44,588 nucleotides of DNA from an uncultured Candidatus Saccharibacteria bacterium (GTDB lineage Bacteria; Patescibacteriota; Saccharimonadia; Saccharimonadales; UBA7683). The notes under the pieces were generated by a model. It did no database searches. It had not been told where the DNA came from and saw only the letters and a program-made list of their open reading frames with translations. The translations under genes and the position numbers were made by a program. Where the stretch lies: the NCBI GenBank assembly GCA_964632215.1, contig CAZWBG010000001.1, positions 1 to 44,588 of the forward strand. Reading direction: 5' to 3'. Shown one piece after another: positions 17,014 to 26,707 of this stretch; positions within the stretch are counted from its first letter, which is position 1; the number at the start of each line of letters is the position of its first letter.

Positions 17014-19326
17014 CTACTTTTTAGTCTTTTTACGCCCAGCGAAACGTTTTTTAGCGGGAGCCTTCTCCAGCAGTTCTTTGGCTATTTCTTCGGTGATATC
17101 TTTAGGCTCAACATCTTTGGGAATTTTAGCATTCTTTTTGCCATCGGTAATATAGGGTCCATAACGGCCTTTTAGTACCTTTAGCCCCCCGCCGAAGTCG
17201 GCAATATTCTTCTCAGCTTCGGTCTTTAACTTCTCAGCGTATAGCGCTTTAGCCTCATCAAGCGTAATAGTATGAGGGTCGAGTGGTTTAATGCTGACAA
17301 ACAGCTTGTCTATCTGTATATAGGGTCCAAAACGACCAATATTAGCCTTAATATCTTGACCGTCGTCAGTTTGACCAACAACTCGTGGGAGCTTAAACAT
17401 CTCTAAGGCGTCTTCTAACGTGACGGTTTCTAGTTTGGAGCCAGTTGGAAGTGGTGCAAAACGAGGTTTATCTGTCTCGTCTTCGGTAGCACCTAGTTGC
17501 AACATGGGACCATAGCGGCCAAAACGGGCCAAAACAGGCTTGCCGGTCTTGGGATCAGTACCGATCTCTCGGGCTTGGGCTACCTCGCTACGCTTAATGT
17601 CTCCAGATTTTTCTATAAGATCGTGAAATGGTGTGTAGAAATCTTGTAGCATTTTGTTACGCTCAAGTTTGCCACCAGCAATTTCGTCAAATTCAGCCTC
17701 AACCTTAGCAGTAAAGCCGTAGTCGACTACCTGGTCAAAATGACCAGTTAGAAAGTCGCTGACTACTTGCCCGCTGGCAGTTGGTACTAATTTACCGCGA
17801 TCTGCACCAGTTTTTTCTTGTACAACCTCGCGCTGCACGGCTCCATTTTGTAGGTTGAGCGTGATAACATCACGTGGCTCACCTTCACCCTCGCCTTTTT
17901 GGGCATAGCCGCGCACCTGAACGGTATTAATGATGGTGGCGTAGGTAGAAGGTCGGCCAATGCCAAGATCCTCAAGCTTTTTAACCAGACTACCTTCGCT
18001 GTAACGAGCTGGAGGTCGGGCAAATATTTGGCGAGCACCGGCTGTTTGCAGGTCTAGGCTATCTTGCGCTTTGACCGCGGGTAGAATATCAGCTTCTTTT
18101 TTGCTACCACCATACACTTTTAGGAAGCCGTCGAAGAGAATCACCTCGCCCTTGGCTTCAAATAGTTCGTTGCCCGTAGAGACTACAATCTTAATAACTG
18201 TTTTTTCCAACTTAGCGGGTGCCATCTGGCTGGCTAGCGTGCGGCGACGAATCAGGTCATAAAGTTTTTGGTTGTATTCGTCACTACTGGCGTGCTCGAT
18301 TTTAACATCTGTCGGGCGAATTGCCTCATGAGCTTCTTGGGCACCACTTGCCTTGGTCTTGAAAGTTCGCACTTGATGATATTGTTTACCAAATTCAGAG
18401 GTAATATAGTCGGTCATTTGGGCGAGTGCTTGGCCACTGAGGTTGACCGAATCAGTACGCATATAGGTAATTTTACCTTCTTGATAGAGCTTCTGGGCGG
18501 CCGACATGGTGGCCTTGGCACTAAAGCCAAGCCGGCTGTTGGCATCTTGCTGCAGGGTACTAGTAGTAAACGGTGCACCAGGGTTGCGAGTGCTGGGGCT
18601 GGTGGTGACATCGGAAACTGTAAAGCTAGCGTTAATTAAGCTTTCTAAAAAGGCTTGGGCTTCCTCTTCCGTCTCGAAGCGTTTTGGTAGCTCAGCCTTC
18701 ATAGCTGCGCCTGCCACGCTAAATTCAGCAGTTACCTTAAAGACTGCTGAGCCAGCGAAAGCATCAATTTCACGCTCACGTTCTACGAGTAGCCGTACAG
18801 CTGGTGATTGAACACGCCCAGCAGATTTACCGCCGGGAACCTTTTGCCAAACAACTGGTGAGAGTTCAAAACCAACTAATCTATCAAGAATTTGACGGGC
18901 TTGTTGGGCTTGAACGAGACTCATATCTACGGTGCGGGGGTTTTTGACCGCCTCTTCGATCGCACCCTTAGTAATTTCGTGAAATACAATTCGCTTGGTA
19001 GTTTTTGGATCAAGCTTCAAGACCTCGCATAAATGCCAGGCAATCGCCTCTCCTTCGCGGTCTTCATCGGTTGCGAGCCAGACGGTCTCAGTAGTTTTGA
19101 CGGCTTTTTTCAGCTCTGCAATAACCTTCTTCTTTTCTGGATCAACCTCATACACCGTTTCAAAGCCAGCCTCAACGTTAATCGGCTCAGCTCCGCCTTT
19201 TGCTTTCTTAGCAATCGAACGTATATGACCCACGCTTGAGAGCACGGTAAAATCGCTACCGAGGTACTTCTCGATAGTTTTGGCCTTGGCTGGCGACTCT
19301 ACAATTACTAAGTTCTTTTTGCTCAT
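17014..19326 (-). CDS. topA: DNA topoisomerase I with C-terminal repeats
   Basis: LVIVESPAKAKTI, LATDEDREGEAIAWH, SAGRVQS, GKITYMRTDS (catalytic Tyr), GIGRPSTYA. Confidence 0.98.
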   Translation of the reverse strand: MSKKNLVIVESPAKAKTIEKYLGSDFTVLSSVGHIRSIAKKAKGGAEPINVEAGFETVYEVDPEKKKVIAELKKAVKTTETVWLATDEDREGEAIAWHLCEVLKLDPKTTKRIVFHEITKGAIEEAVKNPRTVDMSLVQAQQARQILDRLVGFELSPVVWQKVPGGKSAGRVQSPAVRLLVEREREIDAFAGSAVFKVTAEFSVAGAAMKAELPKRFETEEEAQAFLESLINASFTVSDVTTSPSTRNPGAPFTTSTLQQDANSRLGFSAKATMSAAQKLYQEGKITYMRTDSVNLSGQALAQMTDYITSEFGKQYHQVRTFKTKASGAQEAHEAIRPTDVKIEHASSDEYNQKLYDLIRRRTLASQMAPAKLEKTVIKIVVSTGNELFEAKGEVILFDGFLKVYGGSKKEADILPAVKAQDSLDLQTAGARQIFARPPARYSEGSLVKKLEDLGIGRPSTYATIINTVQVRGYAQKGEGEGEPRDVITLNLQNGAVQREVVQEKTGADRGKLVPTASGQVVSDFLTGHFDQVVDYGFTAKVEAEFDEIAGGKLERNKMLQDFYTPFHDLIEKSGDIKRSEVAQAREIGTDPKTGKPVLARFGRYGPMLQLGATEDETDKPRFAPLPTGSKLETVTLEDALEMFKLPRVVGQTDDGQDIKANIGRFGPYIQIDKLFVSIKPLDPHTITLDEAKALYAEKLKTEAEKNIADFGGGLKVLKGRYGPYITDGKKNAKIPKDVEPKDITEEIAKELLEKAPAKKRFAGRKKTKK

Positions 19327-19406
19327 GCTTTTTCCTAGTGTAATGGGTTATTGACGAAATGCAACAGGAACCTACCTTATTACAGACAGGCGGCTTTTGC
19401 AAATCT

Positions 19407-19577
19407 CTAGAATGACTGGCTAATGTGATAACCGGCAAAAATTCCGGCTATACCGCCGGTAGCAGAGGTTAAGACCGCCCATAGCCCAAAGCTGCTCGCG
19501 CCAAATAATGAAGGTAGCAGCCCACCGAGTGTGCCACCCACAAAAAGTCCGAGAGTAATCCATGCTTTAGTAGACAT
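19407..19577 (-). CDS. Small Gly-rich membrane protein
   Basis: MSTKAWITLGLFVGG...: 56 aa with two hydrophobic segments. Internal ATG chosen over the ORF-track start. Confidence 0.6.
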   Translation of the reverse strand: MSTKAWITLGLFVGGTLGGLLPSLFGASSFGLWAVLTSATGGIAGIFAGYHISQSF

Positions 19578-19782
19578 TACGTTTATGGTAGTCTTCGGCT
19601 TTATAAAAGTAAAGTCGTCGTATGTCCATGTATTTTCACTTTTCGTCGTTTTCGACTCATCAGAATAGCTGCACATCTATTGAAGTGAATTGGGAGAACT
19701 CCACAGTACAATACTGGGCAGATCTGTCGCATGTGCGATAGCCTCTTTGCTGCCCAGTATTTGTATAACCATTGCTATATCA

Positions 19783-20178
19783 CTAGAAGATCTTTTGCCC
19801 GTTGAGGCATACTCCAGTGACGGCGTTGGTGTGCATCGGCTGTCCATTACGGGTGGTCCATCCATCAAAGAAGATCGACTCACCCAGCTGGATTTCCATC
19901 TGGGGGCTGATATCCTTCCAGCTGCGCAGGATCTGACCTGCGTTCTTGCTGGTAGTCATCATGGCCATTCGTGTCATGTAACTTCCGGAGGGAAGAGGCA
20001 TGGCACCGCGAGCAGGACCCGTGAAGACCGTCGATTGGGTAGTGCGGACGAACGTCCACACACTCCCACTTGCGGTAGCGACCTCCACTACGTCGCCAGG
20101 GGTAGTGCTACTCAGGTCGAACGACTTTTGTCGGGCGTCTTGCATGAGGGGACGAGCGGTTGCAAAGAATTCTGGCAT
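19783..20178 (-). CDS. Hypothetical protein
   Basis: GGAGA RBS before ATG 20178 and globular composition. No family recognised. Confidence 0.55.
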   Translation of the reverse strand: MPEFFATARPLMQDARQKSFDLSSTTPGDVVEVATASGSVWTFVRTTQSTVFTGPARGAMPLPSGSYMTRMAMMTTSKNAGQILRSWKDISPQMEIQLGESIFFDGWTTRNGQPMHTNAVTGVCLNGQKIF

Positions 20179-20339
20179 GGATTCTCCCAAATTGTTTGTG
20201 TGCGTACTTTTGATTCCGCACAACGGGTACGATGCAGGAAGTTTAATTCCCACTATCTATAGGATTATATCACTAATAACTAATATTGTCAATGTCATCA
20301 TCGAGATCTTCTCCGTTTTCTCGAATCAGATAACTATCT

Positions 20340-20921
20340 TTATTTGAGGTCGGATTGGGGTTTGTTTTTGCAAATGTAGACCATCATATTTATATCTTGG
20401 TAGGCTTCTAGGCTAAAGTGTTTTTCCAGCAAGCTAAGCGCCTGAACGTGGTCTGTCGCGATAGCTCTTTTGTCTTCTGGCACAAGCTCTTGTGAGGGGC
20501 TAATGATCACAAACATTCCTGCGGGACGAAGTAACTGCTCTATTTTCTCTAAAAAAGCCGACCTGTCTTTTATGAGGGCGTAAACAAGCTTACAGAAAAT
20601 GAGTGAATAAGTACCTTTGAGCTGCTGGGTTTCAATATCGAGTTGTTGGTACTCTAGTTCTGGCGGTTGTAAATGGGTACGTTTTTGCGCAAGATTTATA
20701 GCCAGAGCTGAAGCATCAATACTTAGTACAGAGAAGCCTCGGTGCCAGAGTTCACGACTAGTCTGACCGGTGCCACAACCGATATCTAGGCAGGTTTTAG
20801 GTACATTTTGCGGAAAGTAACTTAAGATCTTATCTAAAGTTGGGCCGGTAATACTACTGAATTCTTTGCCATTCTGGTAGGGTACATCCCATTGGTCACT
20901 TAAGTTCTGGTTCATGACCAC
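20340..20921 (-). CDS. Class I SAM-dependent methyltransferase
   Basis: Motif I CLDIGCGTG, IDAS, YSLIF, LLRPAG. Confidence 0.88.
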   Translation of the reverse strand: MVMNQNLSDQWDVPYQNGKEFSSITGPTLDKILSYFPQNVPKTCLDIGCGTGQTSRELWHRGFSVLSIDASALAINLAQKRTHLQPPELEYQQLDIETQQLKGTYSLIFCKLVYALIKDRSAFLEKIEQLLRPAGMFVIISPSQELVPEDKRAIATDHVQALSLLEKHFSLEAYQDINMMVYICKNKPQSDLK

Positions 20922-20960
20922 ATTATACGTTATTTTTGATCTTCACCCCTATTTACGAGC

Positions 20961-21818
20961 TTATTTTAGGGTCCAGTGGGCGGCGCCGAGTGGGATAATT
21001 TTACCGTTGATCTCGAGCATGGTCATAGCTTGGCTGAATTGGGCAGGTTCAAGCTGACTTTTGGCCTGTAGCTCTTCCATGTCACTTACTCCCTCTTGCA
21101 GTAGGTCTATAATAAGCTGCTCTTCTTTGGTATCGCCAAAAACCTCTTCCCGCTCTTTTGTTTGGGCCTGTACGCCTAGGGCATTCAAAACATCTTGAGC
21201 CTCGGTAACAGGTATGGCTCCAGATTTGATCAGATTGTTGGGCCCCACACTCAGTGGGCTAGTTGCATTGCCTGGCACAGCGCCAACCAGCTTATTTTGT
21301 TCCAGGGCGTAGTTTGCGGTAATCAGCGAGCCACTGGCTTGGGCGGCTTCGGTAATAATTGCCATGTCGCTCAGCCCAGCAACCAAACGGTTGCGGGCAA
21401 TAAAGTGCTGTTTAAGCGCTGGGGTGCCCTCGGGGTACTCACTTACAATAGTGCCACCTTTTTGTAAAATATCGATTGCCAGATTGCGATGGCTGGCTGG
21501 ATATATGGTGTTTAGGCCACAAGCGAGCACGGCGATAGTTCTGCCACCGGCTTCTATAGCCGCTTTATGGGCAATTCCATCGGTTCCTAGTGCCAAACCG
21601 CTTACAATGGTTATACCAGCCTGAGCGAGCTCGTAGGCTAGTCTGTAAGTCATCTCTTTGCCGTATTGGGTGTTTTTGCGACTACCAACAATGGTAACAG
21701 CTGGTAAGTAGTCAATTGGTGGCTCGCCTAGGTAGTAGAATTCTTTGGGCGGATAAGCAATTTCTAAGAGGTAAGGTGGATAGTGCTTATGATTCTTTAC
21801 AACTTTATTGATTTTCAT
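20961..21818 (-). CDS. dprA: DNA-processing protein DprA
   Basis: IVGSR..T.YG, VSGLALGTDG.AH, FIARNRLVAGLS, SGSLITA, GPNNLIKSGA, C-terminal winged helix. Confidence 0.96.
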   Translation of the reverse strand: MKINKVVKNHKHYPPYLLEIAYPPKEFYYLGEPPIDYLPAVTIVGSRKNTQYGKEMTYRLAYELAQAGITIVSGLALGTDGIAHKAAIEAGGRTIAVLACGLNTIYPASHRNLAIDILQKGGTIVSEYPEGTPALKQHFIARNRLVAGLSDMAIITEAAQASGSLITANYALEQNKLVGAVPGNATSPLSVGPNNLIKSGAIPVTEAQDVLNALGVQAQTKEREEVFGDTKEEQLIIDLLQEGVSDMEELQAKSQLEPAQFSQAMTMLEINGKIIPLGAAHWTLK

Positions 21819-21838
21819 ACAATTTTCTTCTTATACTA

Positions 21839-21867
21839 TTGACAGTAGCTTATATCTATGCTAGTAT
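21839..21867 (+). promoter_or_regulatory. Sigma70 promoter divergent from dprA
   Basis: TTGACA-17-TAGTAT with an extended -10 TG. Confidence 0.75.
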
Positions 21868-21873
21868 AGTTCT

Positions 21874-22246
21874 TCGTAAGCGATACAACTTTAAAAGTAT
21901 CGTTTTCGTACCTTTTATACCCCATTGTAACATTCCGCTTTCGGGCGGAAATCGTTAGGAAGTCCTTAAGCGTGTCGAAAAAAGTTTTTACCCTCCACTT
22001 TTTGAGCATCCTTAGCATATAGGCACTTAGCCTGCTAAGAACGCTTTAGGATCTTCTAACCCCTTTAACCCTACCCTTCTCGCTCCTTAGCGGAAAGAGT
22101 ACTTCAAAGTGAGCCCACAAAGGTATCTGCCTCGGCAGATGGCGGCTAGACATTCGAGAGAGACATGTCTCAGTACGCTTCGCTCGGGTGGGTTGAAGGG
22201 AGAATTCAGCGCCCAGCAGTGCCCACCCCTGCTGGGCGCTGTTTAT
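21874..22246 (+). ncRNA. Candidate ~370-nt structured RNA
   Basis: Bounded by a promoter and a 13-bp terminator stem, with no plus-strand ORF of 60 aa or more inside. Long stem 22061-22076/22186-22200 encloses smaller hairpins. Confidence 0.5.
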
Positions 22247-22248
22247 TT
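22207..22248 (+). terminator. Intrinsic terminator
   Basis: CAGCGCCCAGCAG pairs perfectly with CTGCTGGGCGCTG (13 bp), followed by TTTATTT. Confidence 0.75.
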
Positions 22249-22250
22249 CC

Positions 22251-22279
22251 TTGACTTTTTATTCTACTTTTGCTATAAT
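22251..22279 (+). promoter_or_regulatory. Sigma70 promoter for the downstream ORF
   Basis: TTGACT-17-TATAAT immediately after the terminator. Confidence 0.75.
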
Positions 22280-22440
22280 ATGGATATACAGTTGAGCTTT
22301 TAGCTCCTGTAGCACTTTTGATTTTATGGTAAGAGTTATATTGTTTTTGTCTGGGGGAATAAGCGCAGTGCTTTGCAGCGCGTTTATTCCCCTTGATTAA
22401 CTTCAAACAATTGACTACTGGGGGAGAGACGGGATATCCC

Positions 22441-22797
22441 ATGTGTAAAGACTCTGCATCGAATGCCGATTTGAGTGATGACCCACGTTTTGTAGAACTG
22501 GAGCTCGAGAGAATTCGCCTGCTGCGTCTGCACGTTTCACTTCTTCATAAGCTTGAGATGGTTCATCTCGAGCTTGATGAAGCGCGTGTACTCAAGCTTG
22601 AAGCATCGGTTGTGGATGGTCTCTGGGCCAAGCACGACGCGTTGATATGGGAACTCGATACGCAGCTGGTTCCGGACATCGCTGCTTACGAGGAGAAGGT
22701 GAAGATCTACAAGCGTGAAAGAGGAGTTGCCTCACCACCCACTGGCCATACGGAATTTGTTTACATCATGGGTATGGGATTTGCGGTAGTGGTATAA
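22441..22797 (+). CDS. Hypothetical helical protein
   Basis: Own promoter, purine-rich RBS region before ATG 22441, coiled-coil-like Leu/Glu-rich sequence. Confidence 0.55.
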   Translation: MCKDSASNADLSDDPRFVELELERIRLLRLHVSLLHKLEMVHLELDEARVLKLEASVVDGLWAKHDALIWELDTQLVPDIAAYEEKVKIYKRERGVASPPTGHTEFVYIMGMGFAVVV

Positions 22798-22801
22798 GTT
22801 C

Positions 22802-22843
22802 GGGTGGGTGTCACGCTACGAGTTACGCTCGTGACACCCACCC
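22802..22843. repeat. Perfect 14-bp inverted repeat between convergent genes
   Basis: GGGTGGGTGTCACG pairs with CGTGACACCCACCC. No U-tract. Confidence 0.8.
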
Positions 22844-22922
22844 AGCTCACCTCCCGTTTGACCTATCCATTAAATCAAAAGTTTCTGAGCGCCAATACGG
22901 CGCTCTTTTTTCATGCCCAGTT

Positions 22923-23528
22923 TCAGAGTTTTTCTAGGGCAGTTTGGATTATAGTTCCGAGCTGCTTTTTTTCTTCAGCGGAGAATTTGGCGAGAACAAA
23001 ATCAGCAGCATCTATTTTCTGGGCCAAATCATTTTTAATACCTATTCTTACTCGGTGGAAATCTTCACCAATATGAGCGATAATGCTCTTGAGGCCGTTG
23101 TTGCCAGCACTTCCCCCGCCTTGCTTCTCTTTTATGGTTCCAAACGGTAGATCAAGCTCGTCATGGACTACAAAGATATCGTTGTTACTCAGCTTGTAGA
23201 AATCTTTTAAAGTTCGCACTGATTCGCCGCTTAGGTTCATAAAAGTGGTTGGTTTGGCTAAAATTACCTTTTTACCATTTAGGAAATCCTCAGATACCAG
23301 GGCTTTGGACTTGGTTTTTTCTTGCCACTCAGGGAACGCATTAACCTTAGCGAACTCATCAGCTACTAAAAAGCCGACGTTGTGCCTGGTATCAGCATAT
23401 TGTTTACCAACATTACCGAGGCCAATTATCAGTTTAATAAAGCCATCATCTTCGTTAGATGCAGCGGGCCGTTCGTGGGCAATTTGTACGAGTTGGTCAC
23501 GTTTTTGGAAGCGTTGGAATAAAGCCAT
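22923..23528 (-). CDS. pth: Peptidyl-tRNA hydrolase
   Basis: LIIGLGNVG..Y..TRHNVGF, KPTTFMNLSG, HDELDLPFG, GGSAGNNGLKSI, RVRIGI. Confidence 0.96.
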   Translation of the reverse strand: MALFQRFQKRDQLVQIAHERPAASNEDDGFIKLIIGLGNVGKQYADTRHNVGFLVADEFAKVNAFPEWQEKTKSKALVSEDFLNGKKVILAKPTTFMNLSGESVRTLKDFYKLSNNDIFVVHDELDLPFGTIKEKQGGGSAGNNGLKSIIAHIGEDFHRVRIGIKNDLAQKIDAADFVLAKFSAEEKKQLGTIIQTALEKL

Positions 23529-23573
23529 AGCAATAAGTATCGGGTATCTTGGTGTAACTAGCAAGTGTGGCGG

Positions 23574-24011
23574 TTATTGCTGGCCCTCGCAGTACCCCGG
23601 CCGTACTTTGCTCCAGTCGATATCATCTAGCTGCAGTTGAATGACTCCTAGACCATTGAATTGAGGGTAGTCTTGTATCTCGCGGTCATCAGATGGTTGA
23701 GATATTCCTTGAAATCGTACCTGAACACTTCCCTTGTCGGTTATATAGGTACCATGAATGGCGACCCACTTCAGTGCGTTAGGGTCGGTTAGTTCCTCTC
23801 TTGTTTGGGTGAGATTAAACTGAATCAAGAAGTCACCAGCTCCTATCGAAGGTTCTAGCGCAAGCATGGCAGCGACTGACTCGGAATGCTCCTGCCAAGA
23901 ATTTGGTAGCAATATGTCTTTGAGTAGCCCATGGCAAATCATGTCAATGGCAGCTACAGCTTCCTTTGCGGTTATCTCAGGTTTGTCGTTGGGTGTATCT
24001 TCGTAGCTCAT
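23574..24011 (-). CDS. Hypothetical protein
   Basis: Open frame with protein-like composition. ATG 24011 chosen to avoid overlap with the upstream ORF. Confidence 0.5.
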   Translation of the reverse strand: MSYEDTPNDKPEITAKEAVAAIDMICHGLLKDILLPNSWQEHSESVAAMLALEPSIGAGDFLIQFNLTQTREELTDPNALKWVAIHGTYITDKGSVQVRFQGISQPSDDREIQDYPQFNGLGVIQLQLDDIDWSKVRPGYCEGQQ

Positions 24012-24132
24012 TGGACCGATTTTATCATAGTTGTAGAGTTGTTCATGGTAAAAACGACAAGCAAACGATAGAAGTGAACTGACGGCTGAAGCCCTCGGTT
24101 TTTCAATCGGTGGCTTGCCGTCTTTACGGTAA

Positions 24133-24381
24133 TCAGTTTTCTTTCTGGTTGTTGCCAACAGTTAGGTCTGTTAGACGTGCCTCTTGGCTGACGGTTGCAG
24201 CAGAGAGCCTTATCCTACGACCTACTCGTTCTAGCTTCCTAGAAGATTGTTCTTCGTACCGCACCAGGAAAACGTATGGTGAGCGAGTAGCTCTGTTGTA
24301 GTTGGTCTCATCAACTTCATAGATGCTTCCACGAAAACGAATGACATCACCCTTACGGGGCTGATAGGCGGTTTTAGGCAT
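24133..24381 (-). CDS. Small basic hypothetical protein
   Basis: GGAAGAG RBS. Beta-rich KGDVIRFRGSIYEV. Upstream TTGTAA-17-TATGAT promoter at the end of der. Confidence 0.55.
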   Translation of the reverse strand: MPKTAYQPRKGDVIRFRGSIYEVDETNYNRATRSPYVFLVRYEEQSSRKLERVGRRIRLSAATVSQEARLTDLTVGNNQKEN

Positions 24382-24537
24382 ACTCTTCCTTTGGAATAGG
24401 GATTAGATACGGGGTGTCTGTAGAAAACTGCGGATCGAGTCTGAATTATCGCTTGCTTGTCGAGGTACGACACGCAGGCGATAATTTGGTATATATCGCG
24501 CGTGAAGTGGTTAAATCATACAATCGGAGTGTATATT

Positions 24538-25923
24538 TTACAAGCTTGATGCTTCTTCGGCGGGTTCATCTTTCTTAGGGAGAAACTTTGTAGTTTTACC
24601 ACTGCGGCGTTCGTTGTTCATAAAGAACATTCGGATTGGTGTGCCGCTCAGATCAGCAATCTCTCGTAAGTGCTTTTCCAGATAGCGTTTATAGCTCCAG
24701 TGAAGGAACTCAAGATGAGCACCGTAGATTCTGAATGTTGGCGGTTCACTGTCGTCTTGTACCATATAGCGTAGCTTCGGGTGACGGTTTTTCAGGCCAG
24801 CTGGTGGATGTGACTGTAAGCACTGGGCTAGTACCTTATTGAGCTCGGCGGTGCGGAGCTGACGCTTGCGGTTTACATCAATCTTCATGGCAAGTTCAAA
24901 CAGTTTGGTGACATTCTGCCCTGTTACGGCACTGGTAAAAATAAGCGGCGCCCAGGGAATAAATTTAAAGTTGTAGCTAATCTTAGGAGCTAGCGCATCG
25001 CGGGTGAAAGCATCCTTCCCTTCGGCTTCATCCCACTTACTGACAACTACAATTAAGCCCTTACCGGCTTCTTTAATGATTCCAGCGATCTTTTGGTCGA
25101 GCGAGGTATTGAGTTCGTTAACATCCATAAGGAGGAGGCAGACATCTGCTTCTTCAATTGCTTGCAGGCTTCGGAGTACGCTAAATTTTTCGATGCCACG
25201 TTCGATTTTACCGCTACGGCGGATACCAGCAGTATCGAGTAGTTCAATATCACGACCTTCAAAACGCACTCGTAGTCGGTTTACATCTCGAGTCGTTCCG
25301 GCAATGTTGGCGACAATAGCCTGCTGTTTTTTAGCGAGTGTGTTGAAAAGATGACTCTTGCCAACATTTGGGCGACCAAGTAGTGCAATTCGTAGCACGT
25401 TGTCGTTAGGTAAGGCTTCTCGGGCTGGAATATGCTCGACAATGGTGCCCAGTAGATTATCCATGCCATATCTCTGAGTGGCACAGGTAGCAACAATCTC
25501 TTTAACTCCTAGACGTTGCCACTGAGTGGCTTCGTCATCTTTGCTAACTTGATCTGCTTTGTTGGTTACTAAGATGACTGGTTTTTTGCTTTGCAAGGCC
25601 TTTTTGGCAATTCGGCGGTCGTCATCGGTAATGATACTATTGGCTTCTACAACTACCACAATGATATCAGCAGCATCTACTGCTTCCTCAATCTGTTCTT
25701 GAATAGTCGCTTCAAATTCGTCTTCAGGATCTTTTAGGCCAGCAGTATCTACTAACCAGAAGTGGTGTTTGCCGTAGCCGACGTTGCCATATACGGCGTC
25801 TCGCGTTGTTCCGGCCTCACGCGCAACAACTTGCTGTTTCCAGCCAACGAGTACATTGAACAGGCTAGATTTTCCAACATTGGCCTGACCGACAATCGCA
25901 ACTACGGGTAATTTTTTGCTCAT
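24538..25923 (-). CDS. der: Ribosome biogenesis GTPase Der
   Basis: Two G domains (GQANVGKSS..GTTRD..DTAG; GRPNVGKS..GTTRD..DTAG) and a KH-like C-terminus. Confidence 0.97.
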   Translation of the reverse strand: MSKKLPVVAIVGQANVGKSSLFNVLVGWKQQVVAREAGTTRDAVYGNVGYGKHHFWLVDTAGLKDPEDEFEATIQEQIEEAVDAADIIVVVVEANSIITDDDRRIAKKALQSKKPVILVTNKADQVSKDDEATQWQRLGVKEIVATCATQRYGMDNLLGTIVEHIPAREALPNDNVLRIALLGRPNVGKSHLFNTLAKKQQAIVANIAGTTRDVNRLRVRFEGRDIELLDTAGIRRSGKIERGIEKFSVLRSLQAIEEADVCLLLMDVNELNTSLDQKIAGIIKEAGKGLIVVVSKWDEAEGKDAFTRDALAPKISYNFKFIPWAPLIFTSAVTGQNVTKLFELAMKIDVNRKRQLRTAELNKVLAQCLQSHPPAGLKNRHPKLRYMVQDDSEPPTFRIYGAHLEFLHWSYKRYLEKHLREIADLSGTPIRMFFMNNERRSGKTTKFLPKKDEPAEEASSL

Positions 25924-26013
25924 ATTCTCTTGATACTTAACTTTCTACTGTTTGGTCTTCTGATAAAAGCCAATATTTCTGTAATGAATCTTACAATTAT
26001 ACCATAAAACTAC

Positions 26014-26706
26014 TTAAATTTGCAAGAACTGCTGGCCGCGGAGTTGCTTTAAGGCGTATGGTCCAAACTGTGTTCGTTCCAGATGATTTACTGTGTAGCG
26101 CAGGCCACCGAAGGTTCGCCTGATTTGACGGTTGCGCCCCTCGTGCATAGTCACTTTATAAAAGTAGTCACCCGTTTGAGTGGCCGGATGCTTGAGTGGC
26201 TTAACTCGCATGTCACTTTTGCCGTCTTCGAGCATGATACCTTCGTTAATTTTTGCAAAATCTTCTGGATCAAGTGGTCTACTGAGTCCAACTTGGTAAA
26301 CTTTTTCTTTACTAAATTTGGGGTGAGTTAGCTTAAAAATAGCGTCACCGTCATCTGTCAGCAATAGTAAGCCACAGCTGTCTTTGTCGAGCCGCCCAGC
26401 TACTTTGAGTTGGCTGAACTCTGGTGGTAATAGTTTGTAGATAGTTGGTGTGTCACCTTGTTGACGTCGTGAACAGATATAGCCGACAGGTTTATTAAAG
26501 AGCAGATAGGTGTACTGTTTTTCTGCGCCACTCATAGTTGTTCCATCAACTTGTATTTGGTCTTGGCTCGGCTGAACAACGGTACCGAGAGGAGCTGCTT
26601 TGCCGTTTACGGTTACCCTCCCCTGTTCGATATAAATATCGGCTTCGCGTCGACTGACGCCAAGAGTGTGGGCAATATGTTTGTTGAGTCGGACGGAGTC
26701 AGCCAT
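26014..26706 (-). CDS. S4-domain rRNA pseudouridine synthase (RsuA/RluB family)
   Basis: RLNKHIA...SRREAD, NKPVG, GRLDKDSCGLLLLTDDG, EGRNRQIRR. Confidence 0.93.
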   Translation of the reverse strand: MADSVRLNKHIAHTLGVSRREADIYIEQGRVTVNGKAAPLGTVVQPSQDQIQVDGTTMSGAEKQYTYLLFNKPVGYICSRRQQGDTPTIYKLLPPEFSQLKVAGRLDKDSCGLLLLTDDGDAIFKLTHPKFSKEKVYQVGLSRPLDPEDFAKINEGIMLEDGKSDMRVKPLKHPATQTGDYFYKVTMHEGRNRQIRRTFGGLRYTVNHLERTQFGPYALKQLRGQQFLQI

Positions 26707-26707
26707 G

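Noticed and set aside
19690-20347. Plus-strand ORFs of 190 and 115 aa
   Set aside because: They shadow a minus-strand ORF that has a good RBS, and their composition looks non-coding.
21950-21975. TAGGAAGTCC resembles the RNase P 5' conserved region
   Set aside because: One A short of the consensus, and no matching 3' P4 strand before the terminator.
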